From a virus: 64,000 nt of DNA. The stretch spans positions 32,001-96,000 of the IMG/VR virus record IMGVR_UViG_3300033984_000416. One strand, given 5' to 3'. The position numbers and the translations under genes were made by a program. Below the pieces are notes generated by a model, which did no database searches, was not told where the DNA came from, and saw only the letters and a list, made by a program, of their open reading frames with translations. Of this stretch, positions 12,101-21,973 are shown piece by piece. Position 1 is the stretch's first letter, and each line of letters begins with the position of its first letter.

Positions 12101-13869
12101 CTATGACCAAAATTATCACCATTGTAATATGTTGGATAATCTGGGTTGGTAGCATCATAAGCTTTACCGCTATCTAAACCACCTTTAGAACAACCTGGTG
12201 CATATATGTTGTTTTCACCATCATTTGGACATTTAACCGTAATACATGGGATATATTTTAGTAAATCAATAATTAACCTACACGCAAACCCTAAGAAACC
12301 AAATATTCTAACACGTAGTATTCTTCTACGACTGGCACGACATAAAGCCCTCATTACTTTGTTCCACGCTTTAAGTAAAATGTTAATAATACTTAAGACT
12401 ATGTTTATAAGAGGTATAATAATTGCATTCATTACGGCTATCAAAAATGCCACAATTTTAATAATCAAACATATAATAAAAAACAAAGCTGTAAATGATG
12501 TGTTAACTTTGTTGTATGGGAAAGGTGTTTTATCACCACCACAATCATCAACATTTTTAACACCAGTTATGCTTCTGGTATGTATACCACCACCTAGTGC
12601 TGATGTTGTTTGATATCTTGATATAAAATTACTTACAGAATATATTTTGTTCCAATATAAACTTCTAAAGCTACTTTTTTTAGTTTTATTACCAAATTCA
12701 TAGTCAATTTCACCCTTTATATTTGGGTTGTGTGGAACTAAATATTTTGCTCTAGTTCTAAGTCTACCTTCACCACCTGTTTGGTCCATACCAATCCTAA
12801 ACCTTACGTTGGCTCTAGTTGCTAACCCTTTATTTGGGTCATCAGAAGGTTGTAACGTTCCGTTTTCAGAAGTAACCATATAATCTAAGTTCATAGGTAT
12901 TTGATAGGCCCATGCACCACTTTCATCCATTACTCGACCACCTTCTATGTCAAATCTTTCAATTGACCCGTCTAGTTTTTCTCTAATCATTTCAATCGTA
13001 CCTTCGTTGGCTACTTGCGTACATAGAGCACCAACACTTCGTCTAGGTCTACAGTTCTTACTAACACTATCTTTATCTTGGTCACCAAACATGCTACCCA
13101 TAAAGATAGCTGATGGTTTGATATCATAGTTTAAATCTAAATCAATACGAGTAATACCAATCTCACATGTATCTGTATCACCCCAAAATGGTTGTACGTT
13201 AACACCAGCGTTGGCTGACTTAACTTGAATCAACTTATCTAAGTTTGTACCGCCTTTGTATTTTGTAGGGCTTTCAAAGAATTTTTCTGGTGTTCCTTGA
13301 GTAATGCTGTCGTAAGGTCTTTGTGATGCAATACCGATATCTGAAATATCAGCATCAACATGTATTGTGTATGTCCCTAGTGGTACACCAAAAATCATGA
13401 AGTCACCAGCGTAGTTAGTGGTAGTTGTAAATTTGTAATATTTACAGTAGACTTCTAACATGTCTACGTTGTCTAATATTTCTCTTTTATTTGGGAAGGT
13501 ACCTATTTCAGTAAAACATTCATTGTCTGTTTCTGAACTTCTAGGTAAAGTATTATATCTAATACCGTTGTCATCTTTATCTGTAACTATTTCATACGGA
13601 TATAACCCTTTTATTTGTGGGTTATTTTTATCAACATCATCCAATGGTATAAAAATACTAACTCTGGCATTTGGAACACCAAAACCACTATTAATTATTA
13701 CTCTACCAGCAACTACACCATAGTCGGAACAATAGTTTGTATATGCTTCTTCTTGAGTAATCTTTAACGAAAGAATTTCGATAAAATCGAAATCTTGCTC
13801 TACTTTTACTTTAAGGTATTTATCACTACCATTTGGTGTAGTTCTTATTCTTACGGTATTATTTGACAT
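9172..13869 (-). CDS. Large baseplate/adhesin-like protein (1565 aa) with internal hydrophobic segment and SprB-like repeats
   Basis: C-terminal repeats such as TNLTCFGADNGGILLTINGGLPPYS...ITGLSAATYISSVVDAN match the SprB-repeat pattern; hydrophobic run near aa 460-545; many Cys. Confidence 0.6.
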   Translation of the reverse strand: MSNNTVRIRTTPNGSDKYLKVKVEQDFDFIEILSLKITQEEAYTNYCSDYGVVAGRVIINSGFGVPNARVSIFIPLDDVDKNNPQIKGLYPYEIVTDKDDNGIRYNTLPRSSETDNECFTEIGTFPNKREILDNVDMLEVYCKYYKFTTTTNYAGDFMIFGVPLGTYTIHVDADISDIGIASQRPYDSITQGTPEKFFESPTKYKGGTNLDKLIQVKSANAGVNVQPFWGDTDTCEIGITRIDLDLNYDIKPSAIFMGSMFGDQDKDSVSKNCRPRRSVGALCTQVANEGTIEMIREKLDGSIERFDIEGGRVMDESGAWAYQIPMNLDYMVTSENGTLQPSDDPNKGLATRANVRFRIGMDQTGGEGRLRTRAKYLVPHNPNIKGEIDYEFGNKTKKSSFRSLYWNKIYSVSNFISRYQTTSALGGGIHTRSITGVKNVDDCGGDKTPFPYNKVNTSFTALFFIICLIIKIVAFLIAVMNAIIIPLINIVLSIINILLKAWNKVMRALCRASRRRILRVRIFGFLGFACRLIIDLLKYIPCITVKCPNDGENNIYAPGCSKGGLDSGKAYDATNPDYPTYYNGDNFGHSGIFSLVGLDDCIAFEMAKSMNLFQFDFYNDWVNGSLYGFLLKYKKKRKKIEKFCEYDCGPDFGIIQGGVDGNNDGNSDNACRANSLVDVCYNGGGKDSQFNSRKSSLREGLIKKIGSEFYYAASNHDGSKKIFATEIINLGAVFSCDWQGVPKTQPFLIPTTYKMAPDIQEVADDQATVLTTGLCGIGGSTIGIFFDIDCLGLHVDNRQCLNIRHQCEFGVELDENRAPLGPSANGIIGLADLDIDDGDRPKWFRDVFYGLNISANTWTLNYPYTTNFNLGDCGVYDFAGGGTTPSPCKPTVFTNGQDYVDFRGYAANGATAFSQPKHSYFFYFGILPGKTGLDKLNQKFFTTCIPKSVVEFNVSISIIPITSSNLTATVTVTITAGVGPFNYIISGPDGFTDSGQIITSNGISQGIITGLPVGTFTIEITSSDGTFVMQTIQILPPGPLFANAYVSENCTSLLSSNGEITISSAGGGNGAGTYEYQLFNSQGIVVSPTGTPPITNLTTPQIITGLPIDIGISVFDPNTNGYTLTVTDTLGAQVSVTNLLVTGPTALTVVSTTTNLTCFGADNGGILLTINGGLPPYSASTIGANNFYEEGTNITGLSAATYISSVVDANNGVPISVVSTVLSLNPYMVILKPTDTEVQDANPSIAAGGDPNNYRLPFYITYGGYSPTTRVEYNIDDAEDATGELIWLSQTLTFVNSTLPLILLVPAESVSENITIRISNPMGTCFSNEITYEKTDIILPQGDLRINVNGVDNSKQCVANQVTFSFNINDLQNYSTDDTTHYRGGYNGADGYRSTIWVTGWNQAGTVSVTTTTPTVVKFTLLENLKPVTLTVPQVGGAPAYSCSVYIEITYRKPYNIIDGYVYFSYPNPAQLPPPNPTLPVVYPNLTIPNIVLPVTTLTGQWGNIPAPAPSTNVIKRLSVFGGVQPYSSTPYNVYDGTVLTQYEVPSTQVITTVVTDSTGCKIIV

Positions 13870-13874
13870 AAAAC

Positions 13875-14240
13875 TTATTTACTCTTATTTGTTATATCTT
13901 CAACATTTAACATAACAACATCATCTTCAGTCAAATATTCTTCTTCATCGTCATCATCATCATCGTCATCATCATCCTCTTCTTCATAGTTACTATTAAA
14001 ATATTTTTCATGTTTGATAAATTTATCAAGTATGATTCTTAAATCAACGTTTTTATTTAAAATAATAACGTCAAACATAAACCAAATTATCACCACCATA
14101 ATAATTGGTAATAATGCTAAGGCTATTAAAAACCCTATAGTTTTAGCCACATATTTTAATGTTAATTGAAGTGGTTTTTCTTTTATTATATTTTCTCCAT
14201 TTATTGGAGATAAGTTTGATGATTTACAATTACAACCCAT
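13875..14240 (-). CDS. Small single-pass membrane protein with N-terminal CxC and poly-acidic tail
   Basis: MGCNCK start; hydrophobic IGFLIALALLPIIMVVIIWFMFDVIIL; EEEDDDDDDDDDDEEEY tail. Confidence 0.7.
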   Translation of the reverse strand: MGCNCKSSNLSPINGENIIKEKPLQLTLKYVAKTIGFLIALALLPIIMVVIIWFMFDVIILNKNVDLRIILDKFIKHEKYFNSNYEEEDDDDDDDDDDEEEYLTEDDVVMLNVEDITNKSK

Positions 14241-14306
14241 TTTTTTCTTTTTTTAGTTATTTGTTATCCACAAATATAGTTATTTAAAAACAATAAGGAA
14301 ACCCTA

Positions 14307-16127
14307 TTACTTAACCCTTACAATAATATCCATTGTTGGGTATTTAATCTCAAACATAGTTGTTGGTTCACCGAAAAGAGTATAATCGTCAGTTAAATCA
14401 ATTTGTCTAGTTTCTGCATCAATATATGGTTGTGAAATCTCATTAAGACTGTATTTACCACCACCTACTTTATTAAATATTCTCAACCCAGTAACATTCA
14501 AAACACCACCAACGTTATTAATCGTTTCTAACAATGGTGATATATAAACATTATCACCCATACCAAATTTGTTAATATCTAAATAGTCTTTTACGTCAGT
14601 AATAACTTGTGATATGATTTGAGATGATGGCATTTTCTTATCGATAAATAAATCAATTTCAAATGCTAAATTAACAATTCTACCATTTGTTATTTGAACA
14701 TAATCATTAAGCATTCTATAGTCAGCTAAATATGTTGCAATATTATCCCTTAAAGCACTAGTAGATTCATTTGTAAGTCTACCATTAGCATCTAAACCTA
14801 ATATATATGTTTTTATTTTATTTTGTTCCTCAAATACACCACATCTAAATGGTACGCCAAATTTTCCAGGCATTTGAGCTATTCTTGTTTGATAATCTTT
14901 GATGGTTACAGCTCTATTTTGTGATGAAAAATTATATTTAACCATATTTCTAATTTCTTCAACACTTGGTACATCTTTACCACCCAAAGCTGGGAAAGCG
15001 TTGTTAACTTTAAGTGAATTTCTAACACTAGTATTTATCGAGTCGTCCGAACCATTAACACTCATGCTTAAAATACCCAAAGATTTCAAAACATTTGGAC
15101 CTAAATTAGTATCGGCACCACCACCAACTCTATATTTTACAAACATTGTTGTATTTGCCGTTGGTACAATACCTAACGATAAATTATTAACAAAATCACC
15201 TATTTGATTAACCAAAGCAGTGTTGGAATCAAAATCACAAAGACTACTAGTATCTTGTGCACCAGCACCTAATATAATCTTGGTAAAACCTAAATCTGTA
15301 TATTCAGTTATAAATTTTTTAACTGTTGATATCCATTTTCCTGGTCTTACACCAGCATTATCAGTAAATTTGCTATTGTCTTCAATAAAAACTTTATCTT
15401 CAGCCAAAGCGTCTACTTCAAACCATCTATTACTTAAGTCTAGAAATTGGTCCAACGAAGGTTCTTTAATGAAATTAGTACCTGTAAGTGTTATTATAGA
15501 ATCTATAGATAAAACATTATCTTCTGGTAAAACTATTTCTAAAAATGGTCTTACATCATTGGTTGTTATAACTCGTTTAAATACTTTGGTAAAACCATTT
15601 TTTACTATTTCTCTTTTGGTTATTGTATAATTAATCAACGTACCATTTGCGTTAAAATTAGGTATAATAATCCTATTTGGAATTCCACCTATTGTAAATG
15701 GACTAGCAAAATCAATATCATCACTGGCTTCGAATACTTTACCACCACCACTAACTTGAGAACCAGCTCTAATTATTGGTGCATACGATACGTCAAAGGT
15801 ATCACCCAAAACAGGTAAGGTTACGCTAAAATCTACAATTGTAACACTAGGTCTTTTTCCTGGAATTTTTAAACCAAACGTTCTAGCTAGCGATAAAACT
15901 GATTTACGCTCTTTAGCGTAATCAATTTGTGTTTCTTGGAACATTCTATCAGTATTGGTTGAAAGCATGTCACCGACAGCCGCATTTAGCTCTAAAAGCA
16001 TCATACCGACACTTGCGTCATTAAAATCATTAAAGATATCTGGATAGTATTGTTTAACCATGTTAACTAAGTCTGAACGAATGTCAGCGAAGTTTCTAGA
16101 AGTGTATTGTATTCCTTGATTTGCCAT
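14307..16127 (-). CDS. Baseplate wedge subunit (T4 gp6 / baseplate J-like)
   Basis: N-terminal YTSRNFADIRSDL...FNDASVGMMLLELNAAVGDMLS and C-terminal SQNRAVTIKDY motifs are typical of gp6/J; adjacent to a gp25-like gene. Confidence 0.85.
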   Translation of the reverse strand: MANQGIQYTSRNFADIRSDLVNMVKQYYPDIFNDFNDASVGMMLLELNAAVGDMLSTNTDRMFQETQIDYAKERKSVLSLARTFGLKIPGKRPSVTIVDFSVTLPVLGDTFDVSYAPIIRAGSQVSGGGKVFEASDDIDFASPFTIGGIPNRIIIPNFNANGTLINYTITKREIVKNGFTKVFKRVITTNDVRPFLEIVLPEDNVLSIDSIITLTGTNFIKEPSLDQFLDLSNRWFEVDALAEDKVFIEDNSKFTDNAGVRPGKWISTVKKFITEYTDLGFTKIILGAGAQDTSSLCDFDSNTALVNQIGDFVNNLSLGIVPTANTTMFVKYRVGGGADTNLGPNVLKSLGILSMSVNGSDDSINTSVRNSLKVNNAFPALGGKDVPSVEEIRNMVKYNFSSQNRAVTIKDYQTRIAQMPGKFGVPFRCGVFEEQNKIKTYILGLDANGRLTNESTSALRDNIATYLADYRMLNDYVQITNGRIVNLAFEIDLFIDKKMPSSQIISQVITDVKDYLDINKFGMGDNVYISPLLETINNVGGVLNVTGLRIFNKVGGGKYSLNEISQPYIDAETRQIDLTDDYTLFGEPTTMFEIKYPTMDIIVRVK

Positions 16128-16133
16128 AATTTA

Positions 16134-16520
16134 TTATAGTTTTATTACTATGATGTCTGATGTTGTGAAAACATCGTCCGTTATTGTGTATGTTATAGTT
16201 ACAACCGCAGCATATTCGCTTTCAATTGATTCAACTACTGTTATTTCATCTATTTGAAGACTTGGTAAAAATCTTTTTACCGTACTTTTTATTTCGCTTT
16301 TAATGTCGTTAAGTGTCATCCCATCTTCTGGTTCAAATATAAATTTAATTAAATCAGTACCAAAATCTGGATTGTAAAGTCTTTGTCCTTTTCTAGTAAG
16401 TATCAGATGAAGAAGGTCAGCTTTTATTGCTTGGTTATCTTCATCGTTTAAATCCAAGAAAAACCCCTTATGACTATCCTTAAAAGGGTAGTTTATGTTG
16501 ATATATTTTCCGTTAGCCAT
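16134..16520 (-). CDS. gp25-like baseplate wedge protein
   Basis: AIKADLLHLILTRKGQRLYNPDFGTDLIKFIFEP is the GPW/gp25 signature. Start moved to MANGKY at 16520; the track's longer start runs through a terminator and overlaps nrdA. Confidence 0.9.
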   Translation of the reverse strand: MANGKYININYPFKDSHKGFFLDLNDEDNQAIKADLLHLILTRKGQRLYNPDFGTDLIKFIFEPEDGMTLNDIKSEIKSTVKRFLPSLQIDEITVVESIESEYAAVVTITYTITDDVFTTSDIIVIKL

Positions 16521-16582
16521 AACTTGTTTATTAGATAAATATAATACTAAAGTATTTTTATAAGTAAATATGGCAAATAAAA

Positions 16583-16604
16583 AAAGGGACCATATGGTCC
16601 CTTT
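16583..16604. terminator. Intrinsic terminator after nrdA
   Basis: aaagggacc-atat-ggtcccttt hairpin with A/T tracts on both sides. Confidence 0.8.
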
Positions 16605-16623
16605 ATTTTTTGTGTTTATTTTT

Positions 16624-18978
16624 TTATGATGAACATCCAATACATTCAAATTGACTTTCTGTTGGTTTTTCAACAGCTTTTTGTTTAGTCATATCAATTG
16701 CCAAGTGTTTTGCTTTGTTATCCACTGATTCACTTCTTAAATAGTATTGGCCAGTTTTAAGACCTAACTTCCACGCTAGTGTATGTGATGTTGTTAATTT
16801 ACCCACCGTTGGTGTGCTAAAGAAAATATTAAGACTCTGTGATTGGTCGATAAATGGTGCTCTATCAGCCGACATTTCAATAAGGGCTTTTTGTGATATT
16901 TCCCAAACTGTTTTATATCTATCTTTCATTTCTTGACTGATAACTGGAATGTTTTGAACGCTTCCATCATTTTTAATTAATTCACTAAGAATTTCTCTAT
17001 TCCATAACCCTTCAGATTCTAAATCTCTTACCAAGTGTTTATTTACCATTGCAAATTCACCACCAGTTACTCTACGAACATATAAGTTAGATGTGAATGG
17101 TTCGAAAGCTTCATTAGACCCGATTACACGAGCTGAACTAGCAGTTGGTGGACATGTGGTTACTAGTGAGTTTCTAACACCGTATTTTTTTATGTCTTTT
17201 CTTAATTGTTTCCAATCATGCATGCCAGATAAATCTTCTTCTTTTCTTTTTCTATTTGTTACGTTTCCTAACTCGTCTGTTTCAGTTATATCCCACATTT
17301 GCCATTGAAAGATACCTTCTGAAATTGGCGAACCTTCATAACCATCATAAGTTAAACCAGTTTCTTTGGCCAAATCACACGATTCTCTCAACGCATTGAA
17401 GTAGATTGTTTCAAATATGTCTTTGTTTAATTGTCTAGCTTCATCTGATGTAAAGACTAATTTTAACATAGCGAAAACGTCTGCTAAACCTTGAATACCT
17501 ATACCTAACGCTCTTTGTTCTAAACCACCCTTTCTACCTTCTTCCGTTGAATAATCGTTCACCTCTAGGGCTATGTTTAATGATTTAGTTATTGAACGTG
17601 CAACTCTACCTAATTCTTCAAAATCGTATTTACCATCAATAACATATTTTTGAACTGGAATACTTGTAAGTGTACAAATAGCAGTTGTTTTGGCATCGGT
17701 TACTTCCATAATCTCCGAACATAAGTTACTAGAGTGAATTACACCCATATTCTTTTGGTTCGATTTTTTGTTAGCGTGGTCTTTGAAACACATGTAAGGC
17801 ATTCCACTTTCAATTTGAGCTTCAAGTATTTTAAGCCATAAGTCATGTGCTTTGATTTTAGTACCAATACCCATCTCTACGGCCTTATTATACTCTTCTT
17901 CGTATTCTGACCCATAAATCTCATAAAATGGCTTTAAACCAGCTGTTTTTATCTCGTGAGGACAAAATAGATGCCAATCACCATTTGTTTCAACAGCTCT
18001 CATGAAATTATCTGGAATCCAAAGAGCAGAAAATAAATCACGAGCTCTTAATTCCTCAGCACCGATTTTCTTTCTGATATCCAATACATCAAAGATATCT
18101 TTGTGCCATGGTTCAATATAAATAGCACACGAACCTGGTCTTTTACCACGTTGGTTCCAGAATCTAAGTGTTTCATTTACAACTTTAAGGTATTTAAGTA
18201 TTCCACCAGCTTTACCATTAGAGTTTCCAACGTTACTTTCTTTGGAACGAATATTCGAAACTGCTAACCCAATACCTTCAGCTTTTGAAGATGAAATGGC
18301 GATTCTACCTAATATGTTTAACAAACCTTCAGTTGAATCATCTGGAACAATAGATAAGTTACATGAAGCAATCTGACCTATGGTTGTTCCGATATTCATT
18401 TTTAATGGCGTTGCTGGACTTTCACCTTGATTACTTAAATCGTTGTACTTTTCTTTGAAGTCTTCTGGGGTATTGGTTGTCATAAGGGCAACTCTAACAT
18501 ACATTTGTTGTGGTCTTTCTAATATTATACCTTCAGAAGATTTCAATAGGTAGATATCTTTAAGTGAACACCAACCGAAATAATCAAATTGGAAGTCTCT
18601 TTTGTAATCTATTGTTGATTCAATAAGTTCAATGTTCTCTTTTATTTTATTGAAATAAGCATCATTTAATAAACCAGCGTTGTACATTTTCTTAGCGGCT
18701 TTCATAAACGAATCTTCAGTTTCTTTGTGTAGTTTCGTTATTGAAATATTTGCAGCTAATTTTGAATAGTCTGGGTGGTTCATCGCCAAAGATTCGGCAA
18801 CAACTGAAATTAGGTCATCCAGTTGATTTGTTGTCATATCATCAGCTATACCTTGCGTTACTTTAATGAAAACTTCATCAGCATTAACCTTCAACCCTTC
18901 CGATTGTTTCTTTATTCTAGTTAATATTTTGTTTGGGTTAAAATCTATTTTACTCCCGTTTCTTTTTATTACTTGCAT
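16624..18978 (-). CDS. nrdA: Ribonucleotide reductase class Ia alpha subunit
   Basis: N-terminal ATP cone (VIKRNG), SCNL, SNLCSEI (thiyl Cys), PTASS, YYLRS and C-terminal CxxC (FECIGCSS). Confidence 0.97.
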   Translation of the reverse strand: MQVIKRNGSKIDFNPNKILTRIKKQSEGLKVNADEVFIKVTQGIADDMTTNQLDDLISVVAESLAMNHPDYSKLAANISITKLHKETEDSFMKAAKKMYNAGLLNDAYFNKIKENIELIESTIDYKRDFQFDYFGWCSLKDIYLLKSSEGIILERPQQMYVRVALMTTNTPEDFKEKYNDLSNQGESPATPLKMNIGTTIGQIASCNLSIVPDDSTEGLLNILGRIAISSSKAEGIGLAVSNIRSKESNVGNSNGKAGGILKYLKVVNETLRFWNQRGKRPGSCAIYIEPWHKDIFDVLDIRKKIGAEELRARDLFSALWIPDNFMRAVETNGDWHLFCPHEIKTAGLKPFYEIYGSEYEEEYNKAVEMGIGTKIKAHDLWLKILEAQIESGMPYMCFKDHANKKSNQKNMGVIHSSNLCSEIMEVTDAKTTAICTLTSIPVQKYVIDGKYDFEELGRVARSITKSLNIALEVNDYSTEEGRKGGLEQRALGIGIQGLADVFAMLKLVFTSDEARQLNKDIFETIYFNALRESCDLAKETGLTYDGYEGSPISEGIFQWQMWDITETDELGNVTNRKRKEEDLSGMHDWKQLRKDIKKYGVRNSLVTTCPPTASSARVIGSNEAFEPFTSNLYVRRVTGGEFAMVNKHLVRDLESEGLWNREILSELIKNDGSVQNIPVISQEMKDRYKTVWEISQKALIEMSADRAPFIDQSQSLNIFFSTPTVGKLTTSHTLAWKLGLKTGQYYLRSESVDNKAKHLAIDMTKQKAVEKPTESQFECIGCSS

Positions 18979-18991
18979 ATTTTATGTTAGT

Positions 18992-19945
18992 TTAAATTTC
19001 CTCATCGAATGAGATTGGCCCACTTAAGTCAGCTGATTTATATTCTGTTGAACGACCTTCAAAAAAGTTTTGTTTTGTTTTTAAAGCGATTTGATTCATA
19101 AACTCAAAAGGGTTTTTTGAATTGAATTCTTTTTTACAATTTAATTGACTTAATAAACCGTCAACAACAAACTCTAAATATTGTTTCATCAAATCAGCAT
19201 TCATACCGATAAGTGATACTGGTAAAGATTCAGTAATAAATTCTTTTTCAATTTCCAAAGCTGATAAAAATATTTCTCTAATTCTAGCTTCGCTTGGTTT
19301 ATCAACAATATGATTGTTTAACAAGTGGATAGCGAAATCAGCATGCATTGATTCATCTCTAGAGATAAAAACGTTTGAATCACAAAGACCAGGCATAAGA
19401 CCCCTAGACTTAAGATAAAAAATACTACAAAATGACCCAGAAAAGAAAATACCTTCTACCGCAACAAATGCGATAAGTCTATCAACAAATGAATCAGATT
19501 CAATCCAATCCAAAGCCCATTCCGCTTTCTTTTTAACTGGTGGCATATATTCTATAGCGTTAAAACACTCTTGTCTTTCTTTCGTATCTTTAATGTACGT
19601 GTCGATAAGCAAAGAATACATTTGACTATGAATGTTTTCCATCATGATTTGAAAACCATAAAAGAATTTGGCTTCAGTGTATTGTACTTCGTTTAAAAAA
19701 TTGATAGCTAAGTTTTCATTTACTATACCATCTGAAGCTGCGAAAAAAGCTAAGATATTAGTTATAAAATATCTTTCATTATCTGTTAATTTAGTTTCCC
19801 AGTGAGAGATATCTTTTGATAAATCGATTTCCTCTACAGTCCACATGGCTGCCTTCTGGTCCAAATAATGTTGCCAAAGGTCTTGATGTTCTATTGGAAA
19901 TAGAACAAAACGATTTGGGTTGTTAATTAATATTGGTTCTGTCAT
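18992..19945 (-). CDS. nrdB: Ribonucleotide reductase class Ia beta subunit
   Basis: [15 protein letters not shown] (radical Tyr), [10 protein letters not shown] and RDESMH diiron ligands. Confidence 0.97.
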   Translation of the reverse strand: MTEPILINNPNRFVLFPIEHQDLWQHYLDQKAAMWTVEEIDLSKDISHWETKLTDNERYFITNILAFFAASDGIVNENLAINFLNEVQYTEAKFFYGFQIMMENIHSQMYSLLIDTYIKDTKERQECFNAIEYMPPVKKKAEWALDWIESDSFVDRLIAFVAVEGIFFSGSFCSIFYLKSRGLMPGLCDSNVFISRDESMHADFAIHLLNNHIVDKPSEARIREIFLSALEIEKEFITESLPVSLIGMNADLMKQYLEFVVDGLLSQLNCKKEFNSKNPFEFMNQIALKTKQNFFEGRSTEYKSADLSGPISFDEEI

Positions 19946-19972
19946 TTTGTTTGTTATTTTTATTGTTAATTT

Positions 19973-21400
19973 TTATTCTTCAGCCTTTGGAACCGTAATC
20001 CCACTTAAAACTGATTGTCTATTTTTTGCCGCAGTCAAAACTGAGTTAACTCTATCTTGATTGTTGACATTCACGTCTTGTTTGTGTTGTGTTTGTGTTC
20101 TACCACCTTTACTCTCACCCATGTCGATTTGAATTCTTGCGTTATCAAATTTAATATCCGTGAAAATAATACCATCTTTACCGAAACGAGATTTAAGAAT
20201 TGCCATTGTAGCAGTTCCAGCTTCTTTTTGGTCTAGAGTTTTCGCAATTGACACGATGAAGTGACCAATTTGACCTTTTTTGATTGAACCACCCATTTGG
20301 TCGGCTTCAACTACTTCAGCTTTAATCGAACTTCTATTACCTTGAACCGCTGTCCATCCAGCCATATCTAATTCAGATAACATAGTTTCAAACTGTCTCA
20401 TTACACTACCTTCACCAGCATTTACGTCATCAAATCTTCTAGAAGGTTCAACACAATCAATGTAATCTAATAGTACGATATCTGGTCTGAAACCTTGTGC
20501 TATTAATTTTCTAATGTAGTGTCTAATAACTGGAATTGTTGTTCCGTCACTAGAAAACTTTTTAAGTCTTAAGATACCTTTATCTGGACCAACTGTCATA
20601 TCAGTAACCATAGCTAAAAGTTCATCTTTATGTAATGATAAACTATTCAAATCATAACCAGACCAACACGATAAATGTTTTCTTTGGATTACCTTTGGAT
20701 TGTCCTCGAAAAACACTTGTAATACCTTTTTACCATCAGTCATAGCTGTATTGGCTATCTTGGTCATCATAGTTGTTTTACCAACACCAAATGGTGCTAA
20801 TATAACAGCTAATTCACCCTTAGATAATCCACCATCCATTACATCATCTAAACCTGTAATACCAGTACGAATTGGTTTTCTAAAGTCATCTACCAACACA
20901 TCATTGATATTGTCGAAAATGTCCATACCATCGTCTTTATTATCACCATGTTCTAAAGCCTTTCTAAGAATAGCTTCACATTTGTCATAATCTTCGATAT
21001 CACCTTTGTTGATGATTTTGGTTATTTCATTTACTGATTTTTTAAGTTCCTGTTGCTTACAGAACTTCATTGCGATATCTTGCACTTTAAGAGTATCGTG
21101 TAGGTTAGCATCTTGAATCTTGCGAAGTTGTGAGATAGCATATTTTCTTTGCGTATCATCTTTTACATCTTCTAATAATCTGAATTCCAGACTGCCAATG
21201 TCTGGAACGATATCATCGGTCATTTTAGCATCCTTAATTGTTGCAGCCACAACCCTTAAGTATGGGTCTTCAAAATAATTTGGGTCAACAATGTCTATTA
21301 TTGAATTTGCGAATTTTCTATCAGTAAGAATCTGTGCTATTAATCTTAATTGGTAGTCATACCCCAAATACCCTAAATTATTTTTGTCTATTTTTGCCAT
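19973..21400 (-). CDS. dnaB: Replicative DNA helicase (DnaB / T4 gp41-like)
   Basis: Walker A APFGVGKTT, LLDYID, AVQGNR, KSRFG. Confidence 0.92.
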   Translation of the reverse strand: MAKIDKNNLGYLGYDYQLRLIAQILTDRKFANSIIDIVDPNYFEDPYLRVVAATIKDAKMTDDIVPDIGSLEFRLLEDVKDDTQRKYAISQLRKIQDANLHDTLKVQDIAMKFCKQQELKKSVNEITKIINKGDIEDYDKCEAILRKALEHGDNKDDGMDIFDNINDVLVDDFRKPIRTGITGLDDVMDGGLSKGELAVILAPFGVGKTTMMTKIANTAMTDGKKVLQVFFEDNPKVIQRKHLSCWSGYDLNSLSLHKDELLAMVTDMTVGPDKGILRLKKFSSDGTTIPVIRHYIRKLIAQGFRPDIVLLDYIDCVEPSRRFDDVNAGEGSVMRQFETMLSELDMAGWTAVQGNRSSIKAEVVEADQMGGSIKKGQIGHFIVSIAKTLDQKEAGTATMAILKSRFGKDGIIFTDIKFDNARIQIDMGESKGGRTQTQHKQDVNVNNQDRVNSVLTAAKNRQSVLSGITVPKAEE

Positions 21401-21454
21401 TTTTTTTCTTCTTTTTTAAAAACCTTGTTATAATAAATATGCGAATATTTTCGA

Positions 21455-21958
21455 TTAACGCTCAATAATTGTATATTTTTTTTGACTCATTGAATGTCTG
21501 ATTTCAGACATGATTGACGGGATTATTTCCCTAACATCAACTGCGTATCTAACTTTAGGTGGAAAAAAGTTTCCACTAAATTGTGTTTTAGCAACAGACG
21601 CTTTGTCTACTTTTACTTCGAATTGGAAGTTGTCTTCTTTTTCGAAAATATTCTTAGAACCTTCTTCTGGTTGTAAGAAATATGGGTTATAATTATCCCA
21701 TAAATAAGTTAAAGATTTCTCTTTTAAATGGTTAGGAATAATACCTTGACTACCATAGTCACCATTATTCATACCAGCAATGTTGTCCATCATTTCTTTA
21801 AGCTCTAAAGACTTAATAGAATCCTCATTAAAGTCATAGATGTTGAAATATCTCTGGCAGATAATGTGGTCGTTAATGTACAATACAAATTCGAATCTTT
21901 GGTCTTCGATTTTTTTTCCGTCTGTACGTACACTTGGTTTTGTCGTTGTTGTTGTCAT
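21455..21958 (-). CDS. Hypothetical protein (167 aa)
   Basis: ORF within the replication block; no motif recognised. Confidence 0.7.
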   Translation of the reverse strand: MTTTTTKPSVRTDGKKIEDQRFEFVLYINDHIICQRYFNIYDFNEDSIKSLELKEMMDNIAGMNNGDYGSQGIIPNHLKEKSLTYLWDNYNPYFLQPEEGSKNIFEKEDNFQFEVKVDKASVAKTQFSGNFFPPKVRYAVDVREIIPSIMSEIRHSMSQKKYTIIER

Positions 21959-21973
21959 GTTTGTTTTTTAATG

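Noticed and set aside
16521-16673. N-terminal extension of the gp25-like ORF in the track
   Set aside because: It runs through a terminator and overlaps nrdA; MANGKY at 16520 follows the ATATTTAT motif.
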